A DNA stretch of 64,000 bases from a virus (IMGVR_UViG_2645727757_000001:32001-96000); one strand, 5' to 3'. Counted from the stretch's first letter, positions 21,886-29,071 are shown. The notes: generated by a model not told the origin, from the sequence alone. Translations and numbers: made by a program.

Positions 21886-22600
21886 TATTATTGATTATTC
21901 TATATGTCCTATGAAATATTTTCTTTCTCAAAAAATAAATATAAATGAAATAAATATAGATGAAAAATATAATAATGCAGTTAAAAGCACTATATTTTCA
22001 TATTTTTATAAAATACAAAACAAAGAAAGTGCTAATTATTCAAGTCTTAAAAGAATATTCGGTAATCTTTGGATAGGAGAAAAGAGCATTGATGAAATTA
22101 TTTTTAAAGAGCCTACATCCTGGAGAGATAAAGAAGATTTCTATAGGAAAAGAGGTATAAAAGCTTTCTATAAATTCCATGAAAGTTTTAAAAATGATAT
22201 TAAATATCCAATACTAATTAACCATGATTACGAGGTTAAAGTAAATAAAAATTTAACTATAAAAGGCACAATAGACTTGATAAGAGAAGATAATGGAGAT
22301 TTAGAGCTTTTAGATATTAGGACTGGAGATACTGTAAGTGAAAATTCTTATATAAATAAAAATTTAAGAATAATATCTTCATGTTATGCCTTTGAAAAAC
22401 TATTTGATATTAAACTAAAAAAAGTTTATTCATATGGATTTGATAAAAATTCATTAACTATAATATCTAAAAATAATGATTATACTGAATTTGAAAAAGC
22501 AATAATCAATATAGCTAAGTGCATATACAATAATTTAGTTTATATTTCTCCAGGATCACATTGTATTAAATGTGCTTATAAAAATAAATGCAGAATATAG
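21866..22600 (+). CDS. PD-(D/E)XK superfamily protein (RecB/AddB/Cas4-like, Fe-S Cys pattern)
   Basis: N-terminal YSICPMKY, GTIDLI, LLDIRTG and C-terminal CIKCAYKNKC. Confidence 0.7.
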   Translation: MILHINNIIDYSICPMKYFLSQKININEINIDEKYNNAVKSTIFSYFYKIQNKESANYSSLKRIFGNLWIGEKSIDEIIFKEPTSWRDKEDFYRKRGIKAFYKFHESFKNDIKYPILINHDYEVKVNKNLTIKGTIDLIREDNGDLELLDIRTGDTVSENSYINKNLRIISSCYAFEKLFDIKLKKVYSYGFDKNSLTIISKNNDYTEFEKAIINIAKCIYNNLVYISPGSHCIKCAYKNKCRI

Positions 22601-22616
22601 GAGTAAAAAATATATT

Positions 22617-22763
22617 ATGATAGAACTAAAAATGAATGATGGTAAGAAATTAGTCATTAGTGATGACAACACTATTTATTCAAATACAAAAACAATTTCA
22701 ACACTTGAAGATGAAAATAATAAAATTATTGATATAAAAGATATATCTGAAATTCAAAAATAG
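22617..22763 (+). CDS. Small hypothetical protein
   Basis: In-frame ATG at 22617 downstream of AGGAG; fills the operon gap. Confidence 0.4.
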   Translation: MIELKMNDGKKLVISDDNTIYSNTKTISTLEDENNKIIDIKDISEIQK

Positions 22764-22773
22764 ATATATAATT

Positions 22774-23313
22774 TTGCGAGGGTTTTTAATGAAGAAACAA
22801 ACAAAAACGGTTCTTGCATTAGATGCTTCTTTATCATCGACTGGTTATGCAATAATTGATTATAACTTAAAACCAATATTAATAAATAGAATTTGTACTG
22901 ACACAAGGGTTAGTGAAGAAGAGAGAATAAGAACTATAGTTAACGATATTGTTGGCTTATGTGTTGTTTATAATATTAAGGAAGCTGTAATTGAGGATCA
23001 GCATTTTAGTATTAATAAAAAAACTGCGATGCAATTATCAAGGCTAAGAGGTGCGATAACTTATGCCTTGATGGAAAAGAATATAACAGTTAGCACCATA
23101 GCACCTACTACCACTAAAAAGGTTTTTTGCGGACGTGGAAATGCAAGTAAAGAAGATGTTGCTGCGGAAGTTTTAAACAAATATCCTAATAACACTTTAA
23201 TAAGAAAAATAGGTCCATTTTCAGACAAATCAGGCAAAAATAAAACTAGTGATATGTATGATGCCTTATGTATAGGGTATTCATATATAGTAGGGAATAG
23301 AAATGAAAAATGA
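22774..23313 (+). CDS. ruvC: Holliday junction resolvase RuvC
   Basis: VLALDASLSSTGYA, AVIED, KKVFCGRGNASKE and DMYDAL catalytic pattern. Confidence 0.85.
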   Translation: MRGFLMKKQTKTVLALDASLSSTGYAIIDYNLKPILINRICTDTRVSEEERIRTIVNDIVGLCVVYNIKEAVIEDQHFSINKKTAMQLSRLRGAITYALMEKNITVSTIAPTTTKKVFCGRGNASKEDVAAEVLNKYPNNTLIRKIGPFSDKSGKNKTSDMYDALCIGYSYIVGNRNEK

Positions 23314-24142
23314 TTTAGAAGTTTATAATAAAATACACAATTTAGTTATTGAATTTCAAAATGGGAACAAGGATAGCGGATTAGAGCTTTTAGAGTGTTT
23401 TAAAAATTATACTAATAAATATGTAGATTTAATTAAATTTGGGATATTTGAAACAAAAAATAAAAGTTTAAAAAAGTTTATATCAATATTTTTTAGAAAT
23501 ATTAACTGGAAACTATACAAAGATTTTAATAATCCAGATAACTTAAACTTCTGGAATAATAGAGCACAAAGAATCTCTTCGATATTTGGGGATATATCAA
23601 AGGAAGAGGTTACTTCAATAGTTCAGTATTCAATATTAAAAATGGCCAAGATTTATAATTCAAAGAATCCTACATTCCATACTTATATAAGCAGATGCTT
23701 ACATTATTTTATTTACAATGAAGTAAAGAAATTAATTAAAGATCCTGTAGCAAATTCAATAGATTTGTATTGTGATAATTTAGATAAATGTACATTAGCT
23801 GAAATGATTATGCTTAATAAGACTAATTTTTATGAGGATTCATACCAAAGAGATCAGATAGATGAAAGAATTAATATTGAATTTGAAATAAACAAATCCG
23901 ATATATCAATAAAATCTAATAACTTAGAATCTATGGAAGACAGCTTTCTTGATATAAATTGGATTAATGGTATTACTTGTAGTGAACAGTTTAAAGAACT
24001 TACTCCTTTTGAAAGAAAAATAATATTAGATCACACTATTTACAAGAAAACAGATACTCAAATAGCTAATGAGTATGGATGTGTTAGAGCAACAATAAAT
24101 AGAAAAAGATTAAAAGCAATCAGTAAAATAAAATTGCTTTAA
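23303..24142 (+). CDS. Phage RNA polymerase sigma-70-family factor
   Basis: LVIEFQNG start, region-2-like AKIYN...TFHTYI, region-4 HTH LTPFERKII...TDTQIANEYGCVRATINRKRLKAISKIK. Confidence 0.7.
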   Translation: MKNDLEVYNKIHNLVIEFQNGNKDSGLELLECFKNYTNKYVDLIKFGIFETKNKSLKKFISIFFRNINWKLYKDFNNPDNLNFWNNRAQRISSIFGDISKEEVTSIVQYSILKMAKIYNSKNPTFHTYISRCLHYFIYNEVKKLIKDPVANSIDLYCDNLDKCTLAEMIMLNKTNFYEDSYQRDQIDERINIEFEINKSDISIKSNNLESMEDSFLDINWINGITCSEQFKELTPFERKIILDHTIYKKTDTQIANEYGCVRATINRKRLKAISKIKLL

Positions 24143-24170
24143 GTATTATTTAGAAAGGAGAAAGTAGATT

Positions 24171-24674
24171 ATGCCTAATGTAGAAAGCAATAAAGAAGTA
24201 GGAAGTCAAGATATTTACAAAAATGCTTTACAAGTTGCATTAGTTGGGGGAGCATTATTTGCTGGAGTTAAAGGAAGTAAAGCAATAAAAAAAGCTTTTA
24301 GAAATACAAAGACTAATTTTCAGAAGACTAAAGCAGGAAAAATTGTAAATGGTATTAAAAATAGCGGAAAAGATTTTACTCCAGGTAAAGCAGACTTTGT
24401 TGGCCCACTTAGTAAATCACAAGCTAATGAAATTAATATGGATGCTATGTTTAAACAAAGAGGTGGATTTACCCCACATGATCCAAAAGCCAAAGCTGTT
24501 GATACCGATAAATTCTTAAAAAGATGGGCTTCAGAAGAAGAACTTAGTAGAAATGCTGTATTTGAAAAAAGAGGTGGATTTAGCCCACACGATGCAAGTA
24601 TTAATCCTAAAACTTACAACAATTATGTTGATAGGTGGGGTGGAGCTGATAATTTGAGTTTTAGACAAAAATAA
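24171..24674 (+). CDS. Hypothetical membrane-anchored protein with internal repeat
   Basis: Hydrophobic ALQVALVGGALFAGV segment followed by basic residues; duplicated F-x-x-RGGF-x-PHD...RW unit. Confidence 0.6.
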   Translation: MPNVESNKEVGSQDIYKNALQVALVGGALFAGVKGSKAIKKAFRNTKTNFQKTKAGKIVNGIKNSGKDFTPGKADFVGPLSKSQANEINMDAMFKQRGGFTPHDPKAKAVDTDKFLKRWASEEELSRNAVFEKRGGFSPHDASINPKTYNNYVDRWGGADNLSFRQK

Positions 24675-24678
24675 AAGT

Positions 24679-24706
24679 AGGTAGGTTCATATGAACCTAC
24701 CTTTTT
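24679..24706. terminator. Bidirectional terminator at the convergence of the two genome arms
   Basis: 24-bp perfect palindrome AGGTAGGTTCATATGAACCTACCT with a T-run on the right and an A-run on the left. Confidence 0.75.
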
Positions 24707-25644
24707 AAATAGAATTTTCTTGCATTAGAAAGAGAATTATTTCCCAAAAATTCTTTTAATTCTATAGAGGACATACCTTCTTCTATAGATTTCATTGCCT
24801 TAGTGTTTCTTAGCATACTTGGATTACATTTTTTATTGAAAGGTAGTTTACTTTTACCCATATTAGATAATAAACGTTGAACACCTCTAGGTCCAAGCCT
24901 ATCTCCACGTTCACCTAAAAATAGATATTCAACTTTAACATCTCTACCTTTTTTTAATCCCCTTGCTACAGCTCTTCCTCTTTCTCTGTAGTAAGGTTCT
25001 AATAAATTAGTGCAATATGAACTTAATTTAAATTTCCTATTTATTTTATCATTTTTTACTATGTACAAGGTATTTTCTTGCAAATCATCTAATTTTAAAT
25101 TACATAATTCACTTAATTTTATTCCTGTATTTATTAAAATAGCTGCTACAAGTCTATCCCTATATGGATATCTACTTTTTATGTAATTAGATAATAATAA
25201 TTCTATTTGCCAATCTTCCATTAGCTTAAAATTAAATCTTGTATCTACAATTTTATTATATAATTTAACAGGATCATTATTTATTTCTTTATATTCTTCT
25301 CTTAAAAAAGAATAAAATAAATCCAAACTACATATCTTTCTTGAATTAGTTGTATCTGAATTTCTTCTTTTATCAAATGAAAAATCAATATAATTTAGTA
25401 TATATTCATCCGAAATATTTCCCAACTTTTCTAATGAAACATTGTAATAATCTACATCATTAAACAATTTATCTTCATCTTCTTTGTATCTAATATACTT
25501 TAAAAATAATACTAAATCAGAAACATAATTCTTAATTGTCAAATCCTTATAGTCTTTTTCTTCCATATAATTTATGAATTTATTAAAATAAGTAGGATAG
25601 ATTAATTTAGTATGTGTACTATGTACATTATCCACAATACTCAC
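24697..25644 (-). CDS. XerC/D-like tyrosine recombinase-fold protein with degenerate active site
   Basis: SAM-like N-terminus (TIKNYVSDL, TNSRKICSL), RDRLVAAILINTGIKLSEL, LFLGERGDRL, PSMLRNTKA, FLGNNSL...FY. Confidence 0.8.
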   Translation of the reverse strand: MSIVDNVHSTHTKLIYPTYFNKFINYMEEKDYKDLTIKNYVSDLVLFLKYIRYKEDEDKLFNDVDYYNVSLEKLGNISDEYILNYIDFSFDKRRNSDTTNSRKICSLDLFYSFLREEYKEINNDPVKLYNKIVDTRFNFKLMEDWQIELLLSNYIKSRYPYRDRLVAAILINTGIKLSELCNLKLDDLQENTLYIVKNDKINRKFKLSSYCTNLLEPYYRERGRAVARGLKKGRDVKVEYLFLGERGDRLGPRGVQRLLSNMGKSKLPFNKKCNPSMLRNTKAMKSIEEGMSSIELKEFLGNNSLSNARKFYLKR

Positions 25645-25685
25645 CTCTTATTTATTAGTCTATATTTTATACAAAATATTATACC

Positions 25686-25720
25686 AAAAAAATTAGACTA
25701 ATCAAATGATTAGTCTAATT
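25686..25720 (-). terminator. Intrinsic terminator of the candidate sRNA
   Basis: AATTAGACTAATCA-aa-TGATTAGTCTAATT plus an A-run on +. It overlaps a TTGATT-16-TATAAT (extended -10) promoter for the recombinase gene. Confidence 0.75.
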
Positions 25721-25805
25721 TCCACCACTCACAAAAAGGTAAGAATTGAAATAAAGAATTTGTTTTAACTCCGCAAGAATTTATAACACACTCTATGCAC
25801 ACGTC
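25686..25805 (-). ncRNA. Candidate small RNA of about 120 nt, crRNA-like layout
   Basis: Bounded by a TTGACA-17-TAAACT promoter and a 14-bp hairpin with U7 tail; no ORF of note inside. The start coordinate is approximate. Confidence 0.55.
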
Positions 25806-25811
25806 ATAATA

Positions 25812-25840
25812 AGTTTAACATTTTAATACTTAATTGTCAA
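25812..25840 (-). promoter_or_regulatory. Sigma-A-type promoter of the candidate sRNA
   Basis: Minus-strand TTGACA (25840-25835), 17 bp, TAAACT (25817-25812). Confidence 0.65.
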
Positions 25841-26234
25841 TAATTTCAAAATAAAATTTAATCAAATTAATTTTATAATTTACCATTTTCTAGAATTGCA
25901 CTAAATCTACATTTAGCGAAATTTATCGAAAAAAATACATAAGACAAGAATGGCTCAACCAAGCCATTTGTAAGCTTTTTTACATATAGTGGAAAATGAT
26001 TTACCGTAATTGAATTTCATTGTGCAGTATGTACAGTATGTAAATAGGAAATTTTTTTAAGAAACTTAGACCTGATTCATTAAGAATTTTTACTGGAATT
26101 ATATGTATTTTATATTAAAAATTGCAATTTAGATTTCTATAAAAAAATAATTTCAAGAATTTTTTAAAAGCTATAATTACACAATTAAAATTAACTTAAA
26201 ATATTATTTTCGACAAAAAAGATATTAAAAAACC

Positions 26235-26277
26235 AAAAATACCTAGTAAAATATAAAATTATATTTCACTAGGTATT
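26235..26277 (-). terminator. Intrinsic terminator after the Cas11-like gene
   Basis: AATACCTAGT...ACTAGGTATT extended stem with a U-run on the minus strand. Confidence 0.75.
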
Positions 26278-26296
26278 AAGGAAATTAATATTGTTA

Positions 26297-26560
26297 TTAG
26301 CATTTTAACTTTTCTACATTAGCATTTTGTAATCCCATAGCTATAATGAAACTATATCTAGTGACAATAACATCATCTAAATCAGTTGGTATTTTAATAT
26401 TATTTGCAAAAGATATTCTAAGAAGCATATCTAATATTTGATCTTTATATGCTACTTTATTTTCAGTCATCAAATAAATAAGCCTTTGAATTACATTGTA
26501 GGATTCTTTGCTGCCTACTGCTAAACCATAATTATAATACTTTTTTTCTTCATTCTTCAT
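26297..26560 (-). CDS. Cas11-like (Cas8b1 C-terminal domain-like) small protein; candidate anti-CRISPR
   Basis: 87 aa, AGGAG RBS. The pattern YNYG...YLMTENKVAYKDQILDMLLRISFANNIKIP...F..GL resembles, from memory, the helical C-terminus of clostridial Cas8b1 (Y..G...Y.MLN..K..NK..F.D...R.......P...F..GL). CRISPR-like repeats lie directly upstream. Confidence 0.55.
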   Translation of the reverse strand: MKNEEKKYYNYGLAVGSKESYNVIQRLIYLMTENKVAYKDQILDMLLRISFANNIKIPTDLDDVIVTRYSFIIAMGLQNANVEKLKC

Positions 26561-26589
26561 GTTTTATCTCTCCTAATTTTTATTAATAT

Positions 26590-26653
26590 AATTACATTCC
26601 ACATAGTTAAACTAAAAATTATTTTAATAAACTCCGCATAGTTAAGATAAAAC
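26590..26653 (-). CRISPR. Pair of degenerate type I-B-like CRISPR repeats (29 nt each, 6-nt gap)
   Basis: Minus strand: GTTTTATCTTAACTATGCGGAGTTTATTA-aaataa-TTTTTAGTTTAACTATGTGGAATGTAATT. The copies are 21/29 identical, and the second differs at about 4 positions from the C. difficile-type repeat GTTTTAGATTAACTATATGGAATGTAAAT as recalled. Confidence 0.75.
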
Positions 26654-26658
26654 TATAT

Positions 26659-26688
26659 TTCAAACAAATTATACTAGATAAGTTTGAA
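26659..26688 (-). promoter_or_regulatory. Putative -10 box flanked by an inverted repeat upstream of the repeats
   Basis: Minus-strand TATAAT at 26673-26668 lies inside TTCAAAC-N16-GTTTGAA; no clear -35. Confidence 0.4.
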
Positions 26689-26715
26689 TACATAACTATT
26701 ATACACTAAAATACA

Positions 26716-27207
26716 TTATTCTACAATATCAGTTATGTTTTTAAGAATAAAATCTCTAAATTCTTTTTGAGGTAAAGAAAGACTATATCTTATATCTAGC
26801 TTATCTATTTTGTTGCAAATTAAATAAGCATCTTCACGTTTTTCAAGTATTCTTTGCAACATAATTTTCACATCTAATAGAAATTTAAAATTATTTTTTA
26901 TATTACTAATAGTTTCTTTGCTAGGATGATCTTCTCTTTCTTTTAATATACTATATACAGCAACAGGTCTGTTTAACCCCCTAGCTTCTACTAATATAGT
27001 ATCTCCAGTATTTAAATTTTTATAATAAACTGAATCATTTTCTACTATAGCATCAAAGACAAAACTAGTAGAAATATTTTCATTAACTCTATTTGCTACA
27101 TCTTCTTTGACACTTATCCATATTCCTTCTCCATTACCGTTTTGATAAGATTCATAATCGTAAGGTAAATTTGCTTTTATTAGTTTTTCATTAGATTTAT
27201 TCATCAT
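26716..27207 (-). CDS. Hypothetical protein
   Basis: 163 aa, AAGGGA RBS, GNGEGIW motif. Confidence 0.6.
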   Translation of the reverse strand: MMNKSNEKLIKANLPYDYESYQNGNGEGIWISVKEDVANRVNENISTSFVFDAIVENDSVYYKNLNTGDTILVEARGLNRPVAVYSILKEREDHPSKETISNIKNNFKFLLDVKIMLQRILEKREDAYLICNKIDKLDIRYSLSLPQKEFRDFILKNITDIVE

Positions 27208-27239
27208 CTTTTATTTCCCTTCTTCTCTGTGCAATTTAC

Positions 27240-27578
27240 TTATACCATAAAATCTGGTGGCATTTTGATTTTATCTTTTACTGGTCGCCACATATGTAAA
27301 CAATGTTCATGTATATTTATATAATCCTCTTTTGGTGGGTGTAATTGCATTACTGTTTCATTGTCTTCAAAAAACATATCTTTAATCTTGCACATCGTGT
27401 CCCAAGATGGTGTTACATTTTTATGGCTTACGCTTACGTGTTCCCATTCATCTGTTTTAGCTGCAATTACGAATGTTTCTATATCATCTATTAACAGAAA
27501 AAAAGCACCATTATATTCATCACCAATTTCACCAAAAAGTTTAACTCTATAGTTGTTTAAATAATTTAAATTCTTCAT
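27240..27578 (-). CDS. Conserved phage hypothetical protein (WEHVSVS family)
   Basis: WEHVSVS...PSWDTMCKIKDMFF...HPPKEDYINIHEHCLHMW, a widespread phage family. Confidence 0.75.
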   Translation of the reverse strand: MKNLNYLNNYRVKLFGEIGDEYNGAFFLLIDDIETFVIAAKTDEWEHVSVSHKNVTPSWDTMCKIKDMFFEDNETVMQLHPPKEDYINIHEHCLHMWRPVKDKIKMPPDFMV

Positions 27579-27970
27579 TTTGTTTCTCCCATCTCAATTA
27601 AATTCTCTTTTATACTAAAAAATGCAAATTCATATTTACATAATTTTAAGTTCTCATTTATATGATTATGTAAATCTAATTCAAAATCTTTAATACTTTC
27701 GTATTTTTTCCACCCTCTAGGTAAATAAATATAAAATAATTTATCAAGAGGATTTTCAAAAATAATGCCTGTTCCAGTTGATGATATGTTACAATTCAAC
27801 ATTTCTTTAGGCATAATTATAGATTTTTCTCTCCAATTACATATAGATAACAATTCATTTAAATCAAAATTATCCTTTAAAATATATCCTCTAGGAGATA
27901 TTTTATAACTAATATTTTCATCATCAAATCTAAAGGTATATACATTTATCTTCATTTTATTATTCTCCAT
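27575..27970 (-). CDS. Hypothetical protein, paralog of the adjacent gene
   Basis: Shares FDL....CNW...P..M.NC..S..G.G...EN......LP.GWK.Y with 27960-28364. Confidence 0.7.
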   Translation of the reverse strand: MENNKMKINVYTFRFDDENISYKISPRGYILKDNFDLNELLSICNWREKSIIMPKEMLNCNISSTGTGIIFENPLDKLFYIYLPRGWKKYESIKDFELDLHNHINENLKLCKYEFAFFSIKENLIEMGETK

Positions 27971-28364
27971 ATCCAGTTTTTATGGTTGGTTCTAGCATAA
28001 GCAAAGAAGCCATTAATGCTGTACGATCCATTTTTCCTATAATATTTTCTTTTATATCTTTTATTATTTCTTCAAATGTATTATATTCTTTCCATCCAAA
28101 AGGTAGTGATAAATATATTTTATTAGTAACTGTATTTTCAATTACTAAACCACTTCCTACCTGCGATAATGAACAATTTTTCATTATGTTTGGTCTTTCA
28201 CTACACCAAGCATCCCAATTACATAAATTAAATATTTTCATTAAATCAAATTTTGAATCTTCAACAAATCCATAATTTTTTATACTTATTTCTTTATCAG
28301 TAAACTCAACTTTAGATATATTTATTAGCATTATAATACCTCTTTCCCTTTTGTAAAAGTCCAT
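27960..28364 (-). CDS. Hypothetical protein, paralog of the adjacent gene
   Basis: Same motif set as 27575-27970. The true start is probably the Met after the GAGG RBS. Confidence 0.7.
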   Translation of the reverse strand: MDFYKRERGIIMLINISKVEFTDKEISIKNYGFVEDSKFDLMKIFNLCNWDAWCSERPNIMKNCSLSQVGSGLVIENTVTNKIYLSLPFGWKEYNTFEEIIKDIKENIIGKMDRTALMASLLMLEPTIKTGYGE

Positions 28365-28582
28365 AATTTTTTATCAGTTTCTATGATGATTTTATTATCA
28401 TTTTCATTAATATTTTTAATTACTTCATAATGAGTAAAGCCACCACCGTTCTTATATTTAACACGTAACTCTTCTCCTACGGAACTTAGTATATCACACT
28501 TTTTACCATTTACATATGATTTACATACTTCCTGCCTAGTCATAATACTTATAACAGATTCTAATATCATATTAATCTCCAA
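28331..28582 (-). CDS. Hypothetical protein
   Basis: 83-aa ORF in the co-oriented cluster. Confidence 0.55.
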   Translation of the reverse strand: MEINMILESVISIMTRQEVCKSYVNGKKCDILSSVGEELRVKYKNGGGFTHYEVIKNINENDNKIIIETDKKLWTFTKGKEVL

Positions 28583-28707
28583 TCAGTGTATTAAAATTAT
28601 ATCTACAGTATATATAATTCTTTAAAAAACTTGAAAATCCTTCTAAATGGAAAAAAATGTTGATATAATTATATTGTAATTATGTTGTATAAACGGGGTA
28701 AAGTACT

Positions 28708-29040
28708 ATGGATTTTGATAAAAGCTTTGGAGAATTATTAAATGAATATAATCATATAATAGATAAAGATAAAGAAAAAAAAGAATATTATAAGCATAAA
28801 TGGGATTCATATGATATAGGTAATCTTACTATTATGAAATGTAAAGGAAACAATGGTGACGATTATTATACGATACTAAACCATGAAAACAATGTTCATG
28901 TGCATTCAGTAAGCTATAGCCTAACTAAAAGAATATGTAGAGTATATTTTGATATAAAAAATAATAGACCTGTAAAAGAAAAGATTAATATAGTTAGAAA
29001 GAAAGCTCTTAAATTATTTGGTACTAAAGTATTATATTAA
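28708..29040 (+). CDS. Hypothetical protein, lone + strand gene
   Basis: 110 aa, GGGG RBS, extended -10 TGATATAAT at 28661-28669 and its own terminator. Confidence 0.65.
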   Translation: MDFDKSFGELLNEYNHIIDKDKEKKEYYKHKWDSYDIGNLTIMKCKGNNGDDYYTILNHENNVHVHSVSYSLTKRICRVYFDIKNNRPVKEKINIVRKKALKLFGTKVLY

Positions 29041-29043
29041 AAA

Positions 29044-29071
29044 ATGAACCCTAAAAATTTTTAGGGTTCAT
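29044..29071. terminator. Bidirectional terminator
   Basis: 28-bp perfect palindrome ATGAACCCTAAAAATTTTTAGGGTTCAT between convergent genes. Confidence 0.75.

Noticed and set aside
21866-22600. A bona fide cas4 of a CRISPR adaptation module
   Set aside because: No cas1/cas2 is present and the context is replication/recombination.
24697-26230. Prophage boundary/att site at the integrase-like gene
   Set aside because: Phage-type genes continue on both sides with the same composition, the recombinase active site is degenerate, and no host genes appear.
26590-26653. A functional CRISPR immune array
   Set aside because: Only two degenerate repeats with a 6-nt gap and no cas operon in the window; kept instead as a repeat-derived regulatory or decoy element.
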